DNA of 64,000 nt from Anaerolineae bacterium (GTDB taxonomy: Bacteria; Chloroflexota; Anaerolineae; B4-G1; SLSP01), in assembly GCA_049975525.1 (NCBI GenBank), contig JBNGCW010000001.1:12472-76471 (forward strand), in the 5' to 3' direction. The notes under the pieces are model-generated. The model was not told the DNA's origin. It did no database searches and saw nothing but the letters and a program-made list of their open reading frames with translations. Shown one piece after another: positions 48,601 through 57,648 of the stretch. The translations under genes and the position numbers were made by a program. Each line of letters begins with the position of its first letter. The first letter of the stretch is position 1.

Positions 48601-51600
48601 TTATGTTTTTTGACTGTGAGAACTTCCTGTCCACTGCCGATATAGTCGGTTGACCGTATCCAGATCACCGGACGCCCCCAGTCGCTCGAAGGCAGCGCGC
48701 GCCTCTGCAAGACGTTGAAGCCCCCGCGAAGGGCTGTCACACTGGTGGAGATAGCGCGCTTCTATCAACCGCAGGTGGGCTCTCTCATAAGGATCCTGAG
48801 CGCTATCGGTGACGCTCCTGGCCTGATGGAGTGCGGTCTCTGCAGCGGGGCAGTTGTCAAGCGCAAGGTGAATCTCCACCCTGAGTCGTTGAAGGGGGCC
48901 GTTTTCCTGCGTGGCGCCCTGATCCGCTACGATCTGGAGGGCTTGTTCACATTGTTTCAATGCTTGAGTTGTGTTTCCTGTTTTGTGGGCCAACGCGGCG
49001 TGAAGATAATAGATATCGGGCAGAAGCGTTCCCGAGCCTAAAGCGTGGGAAAGGGACTCGGCCTGCGTCAGATGTTCTCTGGCCTCCTCCCAGTTTTTTT
49101 CTTGGAGGGCAATAGCGGCCAAGTTGATTTCCATGACGGCCTCCCCGAAGGTGATCCCCCGATCCCGGGCGATTTTCAAGGCGCGTTGATAGGCCTGACG
49201 GGCGGCGTCAAATTTCCCTTGATAGCGGTAGACCTCGCCCAGGTTGGCTGCGACCCGCGCTTCGCCTTCCACGTAGTGGATGCGCCGGGCAAGCATCAGC
49301 GCTTGCTCGCCGTGCTCAACCGCCTGATCCCACCGTCCCAAATTCAAGTGCACCAGCAGCAGATTTGTGCGGGCGTTGACTTCACCCATCAGATCGTGAA
49401 GCTCGCGGTAGATAGCCAGACTCTCCTCACTGAGCGAGCGAGCCACCTCCAGGTGTCCCTGTTGGTATTCCAGGGGGGCCAGAGCGTAAAGGGCTTGCGC
49501 CTGCACGCGGCGCGCCTCGATTCCGCCGATCCCTCTGGCGACCTCAATCGCGCGGTTGTTCCAGAGCTTGCCTTGCTCATAATGACCCTGCTTATAAAAG
49601 AGCGAGCTGCCACGAAGGTACAGACGGGCACCCTCTAAGGTCTCTTTGACGTGGGGCAGGGCCAACCCCCGTTCCACAGCTTGAAAAGCTTCCTTGATCT
49701 CCCCCTGTGTCTCCAAAGTCGAAGCGATGTGGTATTCAAGGTGGGCCAGTTCTTCGATCTCTGCGGTGGTGACGGAAGGGGAGAGCAAGTGGTGCGCCTG
49801 TTGAAGGTGCTGGAGAGCTTCAGGATACTGTCCCTGGATGGTCAGGGTCTCGCCCAGGAGGTGATGAGCTTCTGTTCGGAGACGCATGTCTTCGATCTGA
49901 CCGGCTTTCAACGCTTGGAGGACCCGCCGGAAAGCCTGGGCGGCCTGTTCCATCAAGTAGTTTTCCAAAGCCCGGTGTCCCAGATCCAGGTTGGCTCGAA
50001 CGGCAATTGGCCATTGCTGTCCTTCAAAAGCGTGATGGGCCAGCAGCGCCAGCCAATTCGACGTGGCGTGCTCTCGTTGCTCGTCGAGGTACGCGGAGAG
50101 ACGGCGGTGGATCTGTCGGCGGATGCGGTAGGGCAGGCCGCGCCGGGCCACCTCGCGGACCAGCGGCTGCTGGAAGATCAGCGTTTCGTGTCCGGGATCG
50201 CCGTAGACCAACCCCATGGGGCTCAGGCTTGCCAGACGCTGCTCCACGATGGAACGAGGCTCTTCCCCGTATCCCTCCACCAGCATGGACATCGTCATCT
50301 GCTCACCGACGATGGTGGCGGCGCGCAACAGGTGGCGGCTGGGGGGCTCCAGCTGGTCGATGCGGCTTTGGATCAGACCGTAGGTGGTCTCAGGCAGCGG
50401 TGCCTCTTCCAAAGGACGCGTGAGGGCCCAGCCTTGTTCCTCGCGTTTCAGCAGGCCGGCCGCGCGCAGGGCGCGCACGGCCTCGATGGCGAAGAGTGGC
50501 TGTCCTTCTCCCCGGCGGAGGATCCAGCGCTTGACCTCCAGGGGCAGGGTGTGGGTACCGGCTGCGTACTGTGCCAGAGCGCTCATGGCCTGATCCGAGA
50601 GGGGAGGGAGGTGCAGGTCCACTGCTTTGGCCGGTGGCTGCCACCTCGCAAGAAACGCGTCCTCGTCCCTATAGGTGACGATGAGCAGGAAACGCCCCGT
50701 CGGAGGTTCGTGTAGCAGGCTTTCCACGAGGCGCAGAGAAGGGGCCGGCATCCAGTGGGCGTTTTCCAACACCAACATCAGCGGCTGGTGTGCGGCATGG
50801 GCCGTAAGCAGGTCGCGCAGCACGGCCTGACGTTGGGCTTCGCGTAGCTCCGGCGAGAGTGCCTCCACCTCCGGTGAAGGTTCGATGTCAAGACCTACCA
50901 GCGGGGCCAACAACGCCGCCCACATCTCTTGCTCCTGTTGGGCCAAGACCTCGCGTAGGATGGTGGGGTGCGCCTTGGACGGAAAGTCGTCCAGTCGGAG
51001 CAGATCGCGGAGAGGGCGTTCCCAGGCGGCGTAGGGTAAGTGTCCGCCGTAGGAGGGCGCCGTGCCCGCATAGGTGACAAACCCATCGGCGCGGGCCTCC
51101 TCGTTAAAGCTGCGCACGAGTCGGCTCTTGCCGCTGCCGGCTGCGCCATGCAACAACACCACGCCCGCCTCCCCCACCAGGGTCCTCTGCAGCGCTTCCC
51201 TAAACCTTTTCAGCGTGGCGAGGCGACCGACTAAAGGTAACGACTCCAACTCCTCGCCGGCGAAGAGCCTGCGCACGCCTTGAGCGAGGTAAGGGGTGAT
51301 GAGCTCCCGTTTGCCTTTGAGGTGTTGAGCGGGGGCCGGTTGGACCTCCACCCGCCGACTGACGCTGCTGTGCTGGGCGGTGTGCGGTCCCAACCAGACC
51401 TCCCCGGGTTCGCAGCGGTTCATCAGACGATAGGCCAGGTTGACGGCGTCGCCCATCACCGTGTACTCCCGGCGTGCATCGGTGCCCACATCGCCGGCAA
51501 AGACAAAGCCCGTGTTGATGCCCACTTGGAGCGGTACGTCGATGCGCTCTTGCAGTTCCAGCGCGGCCATCACGGCGCGCAGTGGATCGTCCTCATGCGC

Positions 51601-52728
51601 CTGGGGTGCGCCGAAAAGCGCCATCAGATAGGCGTCCTCGGGGCCGATGCCGATCTTGTTGACCGTCCCGTCGTAGGTACGGATGATGTCGCGGATCTGG
51701 ACGAAGAGGGCGTTGGATTGTGCCACCGTCCCCTCCAGCTGTTGGGGCGACTCACGGTGCACGGTGAAGTCCGGCAGGGCGGCGAGGGCGATCATCAAAA
51801 TGGTGACGTGGCGGTGCTCGCTCCACAGCCGAAAACGATCCAGCGCCGTAAGCGCGGTGAGGCGCTTCAGGAGCTCGGGGGCCAGATAGGGGGAGAGTGC
51901 GTCCAGCCGCGTCAGCAGCCACTGCGTCTGCTCCGGGGCGGAGAGCCCTTCGGGAAGCTGGGGCAGGGGAGCGGTTTGGGGTTCCACGTCCAGTGGCTGA
52001 TGCGGGGAGACCAGGAACAGCTCAGGCTCTTCCAGGGGGGTGCAATGAGCGATTTCGGTAGCGCATTGATGGGTGGAGGCGTGCAGTACGACGCCGCCGG
52101 GCGGCGCGGCCTGCTGCGCTCGCCCCATCTGCTGCAGTGGTGTCCCGGTCAGCAACCAGTTGCGGTGATCGGGCGTGCCCAACCCCACGCCGATCAGCTC
52201 GCCGCTGGAGACGCCGATGGCGATGCGGAAGGGGAAAGGACCCAGCGACGTCTCGACCTCGTCCATGGCCTGCATGGCGCGCTGCGTCTCCAGCGCAGCG
52301 GCGATGGCGCGTTGAGCGTGCTGGGTTCCCGTGAAGAGCAGCAGGCCGGCGTCGCCGCCGAACTTATGGAGATCTCCGCCGTAAGGCAGAGCCGCTTCAA
52401 TCAACAGGTGCAAAAAGCGGTTGACCAGCTCCGTCACCTCTTCGGCGCCGCTCTGTGATTCGTCCTGAGAAAAACGTTCGGTCAGCGCCGTGAACCCGTC
52501 GATGTCGGCAAAGACGACTGTCCCCTCCAGCGGGAGGATAATGGGGGTCGTTACCGGACGCTTCAGTAAATGCTGGGTCAGACCCTGGGGGAGATACGTG
52601 GTGACGGTATCCAGCAGATGTTTAAGCCGTTGAGGCAGCTGGGGAGTATAGCGCAGAATCCTCTTCAGCCACGCCGGGTGAGTGGAGGTCGGCTCGCTCT
52701 CCGTGGTCGGCTCTTTGAAGGTTGACAT
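48601..52728 (-). CDS. signal-transduction protein: two tandem class-III nucleotidyl-cyclase domains, STAND/AAA+ P-loop NTPase, C-terminal TPR array
   Basis: Cyclase domain 1 (VVFADIDGFTAL...KFGGDAGLL) and domain 2 (GIGPEDAYLMALFG...MGDAVNLAYRLMN). Walker A GAAGSGKSRL; about 450 aa of TPR repeats. Start ATG 52728 with GGGAGA RBS. Confidence 0.8.
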   Translation of the reverse strand: MSTFKEPTTESEPTSTHPAWLKRILRYTPQLPQRLKHLLDTVTTYLPQGLTQHLLKRPVTTPIILPLEGTVVFADIDGFTALTERFSQDESQSGAEEVTELVNRFLHLLIEAALPYGGDLHKFGGDAGLLLFTGTQHAQRAIAAALETQRAMQAMDEVETSLGPFPFRIAIGVSSGELIGVGLGTPDHRNWLLTGTPLQQMGRAQQAAPPGGVVLHASTHQCATEIAHCTPLEEPELFLVSPHQPLDVEPQTAPLPQLPEGLSAPEQTQWLLTRLDALSPYLAPELLKRLTALTALDRFRLWSEHRHVTILMIALAALPDFTVHRESPQQLEGTVAQSNALFVQIRDIIRTYDGTVNKIGIGPEDAYLMALFGAPQAHEDDPLRAVMAALELQERIDVPLQVGINTGFVFAGDVGTDARREYTVMGDAVNLAYRLMNRCEPGEVWLGPHTAQHSSVSRRVEVQPAPAQHLKGKRELITPYLAQGVRRLFAGEELESLPLVGRLATLKRFREALQRTLVGEAGVVLLHGAAGSGKSRLVRSFNEEARADGFVTYAGTAPSYGGHLPYAAWERPLRDLLRLDDFPSKAHPTILREVLAQQEQEMWAALLAPLVGLDIEPSPEVEALSPELREAQRQAVLRDLLTAHAAHQPLMLVLENAHWMPAPSLRLVESLLHEPPTGRFLLIVTYRDEDAFLARWQPPAKAVDLHLPPLSDQAMSALAQYAAGTHTLPLEVKRWILRRGEGQPLFAIEAVRALRAAGLLKREEQGWALTRPLEEAPLPETTYGLIQSRIDQLEPPSRHLLRAATIVGEQMTMSMLVEGYGEEPRSIVEQRLASLSPMGLVYGDPGHETLIFQQPLVREVARRGLPYRIRRQIHRRLSAYLDEQREHATSNWLALLAHHAFEGQQWPIAVRANLDLGHRALENYLMEQAAQAFRRVLQALKAGQIEDMRLRTEAHHLLGETLTIQGQYPEALQHLQQAHHLLSPSVTTAEIEELAHLEYHIASTLETQGEIKEAFQAVERGLALPHVKETLEGARLYLRGSSLFYKQGHYEQGKLWNNRAIEVARGIGGIEARRVQAQALYALAPLEYQQGHLEVARSLSEESLAIYRELHDLMGEVNARTNLLLVHLNLGRWDQAVEHGEQALMLARRIHYVEGEARVAANLGEVYRYQGKFDAARQAYQRALKIARDRGITFGEAVMEINLAAIALQEKNWEEAREHLTQAESLSHALGSGTLLPDIYYLHAALAHKTGNTTQALKQCEQALQIVADQGATQENGPLQRLRVEIHLALDNCPAAETALHQARSVTDSAQDPYERAHLRLIEARYLHQCDSPSRGLQRLAEARAAFERLGASGDLDTVNRLYRQWTGSSHSQKT

Positions 52729-53040
52729 TTTTCTCCCATTGTGCTTTTATGCCGGCTTCTCGGAGGTGAATGACTGTGTGAGATCATCCCCATGATCAGC
52801 GTAAGGGTGAGAAGGGCACGGTGAGAAGTGTGGGGCCCCTTTCCTTACGTCCTATTGTAACGGATGCCGCCGGAAAAGCCAATTCGTGCGGCATTCAGGA
52901 TTTCGAAACGAATCCGCACCGTAGAAACTGCGTAAACGAAAGCAAGGTAAACGAAGATGGGGTTGATGCGGGAAGGCAACATGATGGGGGAAGCCGCCCA
53001 GGGCGGTTGAGCCACCCTGGAACTGCTTCGTTTGCCCCCT

Positions 53041-53997
53041 TCAGGATGTTGCCGGTGGGGGGAGTGTGGCGTAGATGCGCGCCCGGGCGATCTTGCCCCG
53101 CGGTGGGCCGACGCGGGTGAGCTTGCGGCGCACCACCTCCCGCGCGAAGAGGGCGCAGCGCATCGGAGGATTGCCGTCCAGCAGCGCCACCAGAAAACCG
53201 GCCCAGAAAGCATCGCCCGCGCCTGTTGCATCCACCACCTTCACCGCCGCGGCGGGGATGTGGGTGATGTTCTCCGCTTGGGAGAGCAGGATGCCGTCTC
53301 GTCCCATGGTGAAGACGACCAGCTCCGGCCCCATGGCGTGGTAGCGGGCGATGTAGGCCTCCGGCGTCTCCCCCGGGCCGAAGAGGCGCTCCGCATCGTC
53401 CAGTGAGGGCTTGGTCAGGCGGACGTAGCGGAAAAGTCCTCTGAGCACGGCCAGCGCTTCCTCACGGTCGGGCCAGACGGGGGGATTGTAGTTGGGGTCC
53501 AACGAAATCAGTTTGCCCTGGGCGTGCGCCAGGCGAAAGGCCTTGGCGATGGCCGAGCGCGCCGGTTCCCGCGAGAGCGCGAAGGTCGAGGCGTGGACGA
53601 TGCGCGCCCGGCCGATGATCGCCGCGTCGATCTCGTCCGGCGAGAGGCGGTAATCGGCCTGACGCAGCGCCAGAGAGTCGGCGGTGCCCGGCGTGCGCGT
53701 GATGAAGATGGTCGTGGTGTACACCGCCGGGTCCATGATCAGCGCCTCGGTGCTGACGCCGGCTTCCGCCAGTTCCGCCTTGAGAAAGTGGCCGAAGTCG
53801 TCGGCGCCGGTCTTGGAGACGAGCGCCGCCCGCTTGCCCAGCGCCGCGACGTAGCGGGCCAGGTTGGCGGGCGAGCCGCCCTGGTAGCGTGCAAAGTGCC
53901 GCGCGTCGCGTATCCGCTCCACTTCCTCGGTGGAGATCATGTCGACGACGGTCTCGCCGATGGCCAGCAGGTCCAGGTCGCCCTCGGGGATCTCCAT
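53041..53997 (-). CDS. PfkB-family carbohydrate kinase (fructokinase / ketohexokinase-like)
   Basis: N-terminal GG motif (YQGGSPANLA) and C-terminal DATGAGDAF anion-hole motif. Confidence 0.8.
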   Translation of the reverse strand: MEIPEGDLDLLAIGETVVDMISTEEVERIRDARHFARYQGGSPANLARYVAALGKRAALVSKTGADDFGHFLKAELAEAGVSTEALIMDPAVYTTTIFITRTPGTADSLALRQADYRLSPDEIDAAIIGRARIVHASTFALSREPARSAIAKAFRLAHAQGKLISLDPNYNPPVWPDREEALAVLRGLFRYVRLTKPSLDDAERLFGPGETPEAYIARYHAMGPELVVFTMGRDGILLSQAENITHIPAAAVKVVDATGAGDAFWAGFLVALLDGNPPMRCALFAREVVRRKLTRVGPPRGKIARARIYATLPPPATS

Positions 53998-54003
53998 GGG
54001 CGC

Positions 54004-55140
54004 CTACCCTGCTGATGGCTTGTTGAGGAGGTCGCGCAGGCGGCGGGCCACCTCCTCAGGCGTGCCCTGACAGATGTAAAGCCCCAGGTGCTCCAGGCCG
54101 CCGATCTCCTGGGTGTAGGGCAGGAACTCGAAGTAGAGCCCCGCGCCTGGCCCATTGTGGGTCACGATATTGTAGGCGATCTCCCGCCCGATGGACGGCA
54201 TGACGGCGCGGATAGCGCGGATGGCGTCGTGCCAGCCCTCTGCCACCGCTGTGATCTCGTCAGCGTCGAGTTCGTGCAGATACCGCTTGCGCACGTCCTT
54301 CAGCACCAGCAGCATATCGTAGGGCCGCCGCATGAAGTAGGGGACCAGGAGCGTCGCGGGGCCGTAGTCGTCTACCCGCAGGGAAGCGGGGTTTTCGCGC
54401 AGCATGTAGGCCGCGAAGGTCTCCCCGTGGGCCTGAGCGAAGCGCCAGTTATCCAGCAGGCGCCGGGGGATCAGGTTGCTCAGCGCGATCTGCTGGTGCC
54501 CGTGGATCAGGGAGCCGCCGACCAGGTGCCCGTAGTTCTTGATGATGGAGACGAAGACCGGCGCGGCAGTGGGATTGTGCGGCGAGGGGGGCAGCCCCTC
54601 CGCCCCTTGCTCCAGCAGCGTTTTCTCCAGCGCCGCCAGCCGCTGCATGACGACGACGCGGTCGGCCTGGGGCATGTTGTGCCAATCTCTGTCGTGGTGC
54701 GACGAGGTCCACTGGAGCAGGTGCAGACCGGCGGCCGGCCCCGGCGCGGTGGCAGCCGGCGACGGCGGCGTCTCCTGCAGATCGGGGTAGAGCACGGGGT
54801 AGAGGTTCTTGTTGATGAAGGTCACGCCCTCGCTCAGCGGCGCGACGTCGAGGATGCCCGTGGTCTTCCCCTGGCAGACCACGCACGCGCGCTCCGGCGG
54901 CTCGGGCGGTGCCTTCTCGTCGGGCCGATTGTCGTGGGGGCGCCGCGCACGGGCCGCGTTGAAGACGATGCGCTCGCCGTTGCGCGGATCGATCTGAAAG
55001 ACGCCGTCGGGCCGGAAATCGGCCAGTCCCGGCTCCTCCCGCACGGACTGCGCGAGTTGCTCGAAGGAGAGCGCGGTGACGTCACCTGCTTCGATGAGAG
55101 CGGTAAGCTGTTCAGATTCAAGCCGTTGATCAGATGACAC
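54004..55140 (-). CDS. GalT-like HIT-superfamily nucleotidyltransferase (galactose-1-phosphate uridylyltransferase-like)
   Basis: CVVCQG zinc-knuckle-like motif and HGHQQ (HxHxQ) HIT-like motif. GTG start 55140 with GGGAGGA RBS. Confidence 0.45.
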   Translation of the reverse strand: MSSDQRLESEQLTALIEAGDVTALSFEQLAQSVREEPGLADFRPDGVFQIDPRNGERIVFNAARARRPHDNRPDEKAPPEPPERACVVCQGKTTGILDVAPLSEGVTFINKNLYPVLYPDLQETPPSPAATAPGPAAGLHLLQWTSSHHDRDWHNMPQADRVVVMQRLAALEKTLLEQGAEGLPPSPHNPTAAPVFVSIIKNYGHLVGGSLIHGHQQIALSNLIPRRLLDNWRFAQAHGETFAAYMLRENPASLRVDDYGPATLLVPYFMRRPYDMLLVLKDVRKRYLHELDADEITAVAEGWHDAIRAIRAVMPSIGREIAYNIVTHNGPGAGLYFEFLPYTQEIGGLEHLGLYICQGTPEEVARRLRDLLNKPSAG

Positions 55141-55197
55141 GTTTTATCCTCCCGTGACAGCGAATTGACGGGATTCAATGGATGCCGCCATCAGATG

Positions 55198-55376
55198 CAA
55201 AAAATCCGTTACATCCGTTCAGTATTCTGAGAGGTGCGACGCACTTAAGAATGCAAATCCTACTGCATTCTCATGAGCGTCGTAAGAAGCCTGTGGCTCT
55301 CGTGGATTTGAGCTCGAAAGTGCGTTGCACCTGTCGTCTGCTCACAGGACTAAACGATTACAAAATCCGTTACATC
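55198..55376. repeat. structured intergenic element: 17-nt direct repeats AAAATCCGTTACATC flanking a 15-bp long-range inverted repeat and an inner perfect hairpin
   Basis: Direct repeats at ~55198-55216 and 55360-55376. aggtgcgacgcactt (55232-46) pairs with aagtgcgttgcacct (55318-32). Inner hairpin gaatgca-aatcctac-tgcattc (55249-70). Confidence 0.45.
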
Positions 55377-56722
55377 TTCATGGCTTCCAGAAACGCCGGC
55401 ACCTGCTTCGACCACGTGAAGTAGGGCACGGTGATCTCCAAAGCCCGACGGCCCATCCTACGTGATAAAGCCTGATCCGTCAAGAGGCGCGTGAGGGCGG
55501 CCGCGAAACCGGCGACGTCGTCGGCCTGCACCACGATGGCACCTTCGCCCCGGCGCAAGGGGTGATCGCTGTCGGGCACCTCCACGCTCTCGACCTCCTC
55601 TCCCAGCAGGTACTCCGTGGCGAAGGGCACCCGGTGGCTGGCGATGACGGGCACGCCCGTCGCCGCCGCCTCCTGGGCCGACATGCCGAAGCCCTCCATC
55701 ACCGAGGGCGTGCAGTAGATGTCGGTGACGGCGTAGACCTTAGGCAGCCGCTGGGGGATGGAGCCCACGACGGCGACGTCGTGCTCCAGGCCGCGCGCGC
55801 GGATCAGCGCCCGCAGCTCCTCGGCCAGAGGCTGCCGTGGGTCGATGGCGACGACGAGCAGGCTCTCCGGCACCTCCGCGTGGGCGCGCGCGAAGGCCTC
55901 GATGAGCACGTCCTTGCGCTTGGTCGTATCGGTGCGGCTGATCTCGGTGACGATCTTGCGGCGACGCACTTCCTCCGCTGGGAGGCCCGCCCGCTCGCCC
56001 AGGAAGGCCCAGATGGGGTCGCCAGCGTCGATCTCGCGGGGATGGTAGCGGTCGGTGTCGACGCAGGGCGGTAAGAAGAGATCGGGGCCGTCGTAGCCGT
56101 AATCTTCGCACAGCGATTGGCGGATGGTGGAGGAGGTGGCGACGACGCCGTCCACCGCCGCGACCAGCTCGCGCTCCATGGCGATGCGCGCGTCGATGCG
56201 CAGCTCGCTCCATCGTTCGGGCGCCACGTTGCGCTTTTTGACGGCGCCCAGCGAGTGCGGGATCCAGGCGTGGAGCGCAGGCGTCGACCGGCGCCGATTG
56301 TAACGCACGCCCAGCGCCGCGCCGTCCCAGTAGTGGGAAAGGATCAGATCCACCGGCGTTTTTTCTAACCCCAGCGTCTCGTCCAGTTCGGTCGTCAGGT
56401 GTGGCAGCCGCTCCGCCATCTCCTCCTTGCGGACGAAGGCGGCGAGGCCGTCCTGGAGATAGAGGAGGCGTTGGAAGTCGTCGCGGTAATGAAACCCGCG
56501 CCGCAGCTCGTGGGTGAGGGGATGCGCGTAGCCTCCGCGATTCACAATCGTGATCTTGAAGCCCTGCTGCGCCAGTTCCGCCGTGAGCCGGTTGACGAAG
56601 ACGTTCTGTCCGCCGGTGTCGGGCAGTCCAGGCTTGACCTCCCACTGGTGGATCCCGTGGTTGGTGATCATCAGCACGTGCGGGCGGGAGGACAGCCGGA
56701 AACGCGTCGCACTTTTCGCCAT
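55370..56722 (-). CDS. family-4 glycosyltransferase, sucrose-phosphate-synthase-like
   Basis: MITNHGIHQWEVKPGLPDTGGQNVFVNRLTAELAQQG matches the SPS / sucrose-synthase GT-B N-terminal motif; C-terminal half is GT4-like. Confidence 0.65.
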   Translation of the reverse strand: MAKSATRFRLSSRPHVLMITNHGIHQWEVKPGLPDTGGQNVFVNRLTAELAQQGFKITIVNRGGYAHPLTHELRRGFHYRDDFQRLLYLQDGLAAFVRKEEMAERLPHLTTELDETLGLEKTPVDLILSHYWDGAALGVRYNRRRSTPALHAWIPHSLGAVKKRNVAPERWSELRIDARIAMERELVAAVDGVVATSSTIRQSLCEDYGYDGPDLFLPPCVDTDRYHPREIDAGDPIWAFLGERAGLPAEEVRRRKIVTEISRTDTTKRKDVLIEAFARAHAEVPESLLVVAIDPRQPLAEELRALIRARGLEHDVAVVGSIPQRLPKVYAVTDIYCTPSVMEGFGMSAQEAAATGVPVIASHRVPFATEYLLGEEVESVEVPDSDHPLRRGEGAIVVQADDVAGFAAALTRLLTDQALSRRMGRRALEITVPYFTWSKQVPAFLEAMKM

Positions 56723-56737
56723 GCGTGCTGCTCCTCC

Positions 56738-57646
56738 CTAGGCGCCCTTGATGCCGCTGGTCGCCACGCTCTGCACGAACCACTTCTGGAATATCAAGAA
56801 GACGATGAGCACCGGCACGGTGATCATCGAGGCGAAGGCCATGATGTCGCCCCAGAGCCGGGGATCCTGTCCGAAGAAGGCCTGCATGCCGATGGTGAGC
56901 GGGCGCACGTCACTGCCGCGGGTGACCATGAGGGGCCAGAGGAAATCGCCCCAGTGCGTCAGGAACTGCAGGATGGCGACGGTGGCGAAGACGGGTTTGG
57001 AGAGGGGCAGCACGATGCTCCAGAAGATGCGCAGCCGGCTGGCCCCGTCGACCAGCGCGGCCTCCTCCAGCTCTTTGGGGATTCCGAGGAAGAACTGGTG
57101 GAAGAGGTAAATGGAGAAGGCGTCGGCGATAAAGGGGATGATCTGCACGTGGTAGGTATCGAGCCAGGTTGTGGAGCCGTCGAACCAGGGCAGGTTGTTG
57201 ACCAGAAGCAGCAGTGGTACGGCGACCGACTGGAAAGGGATGATGATCAGCGCGACGATGATCGATAGAATGGTCTCCCGGCCTTTGTACTCCAGCCGCG
57301 CCAGCGCGTAGGCGATGAGACTGTTGACGATCAAGCCCAGCGTCACCATGGTGCCGACGATGAAGACTGAGTTGAACATCAGCTGTCCGAAGTTCGTCTG
57401 CTGGAAAACGTCCCGGTAGTTTTGGAAGCCCAGGTCGCCCCGGGGGATGAAGGCGTAGAGCGTGCTCATGTCGGTGGTGACTTGCATCTCGCTGTTCTTG
57501 ATGGAGGAGACCAGCATGAAGATGATGGGAAAGAGGAAGAAGAACCCTATCACGCTCATCAGCAGATAATTCAGGGCCAGTCGGATGAACTTGCGGAGCC
57601 GGTATTCAAAACTATACGGAGATTCCTTCCGTTTTGTCATCTCCAT
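56738..57646 (-). CDS. carbohydrate ABC transporter permease (MalG-like)
   Basis: Six TM helices; EAA loop region ...EAALVDGASRLRIFWSIVLPL. Confidence 0.85.
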   Translation of the reverse strand: MEMTKRKESPYSFEYRLRKFIRLALNYLLMSVIGFFFLFPIIFMLVSSIKNSEMQVTTDMSTLYAFIPRGDLGFQNYRDVFQQTNFGQLMFNSVFIVGTMVTLGLIVNSLIAYALARLEYKGRETILSIIVALIIIPFQSVAVPLLLLVNNLPWFDGSTTWLDTYHVQIIPFIADAFSIYLFHQFFLGIPKELEEAALVDGASRLRIFWSIVLPLSKPVFATVAILQFLTHWGDFLWPLMVTRGSDVRPLTIGMQAFFGQDPRLWGDIMAFASMITVPVLIVFLIFQKWFVQSVATSGIKGA

Positions 57647-57648
57647 AC

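Noticed and set aside
48601-52728. Considered a Pycsar/CBASS-like anti-phage cyclase system
   Set aside because: The cyclase domains are fused to a signalling-type AAA/STAND module and TPR array. No small TM/TIR/nuclease effector is adjacent, and the downstream partner is a signal-peptide-bearing secreted protease.
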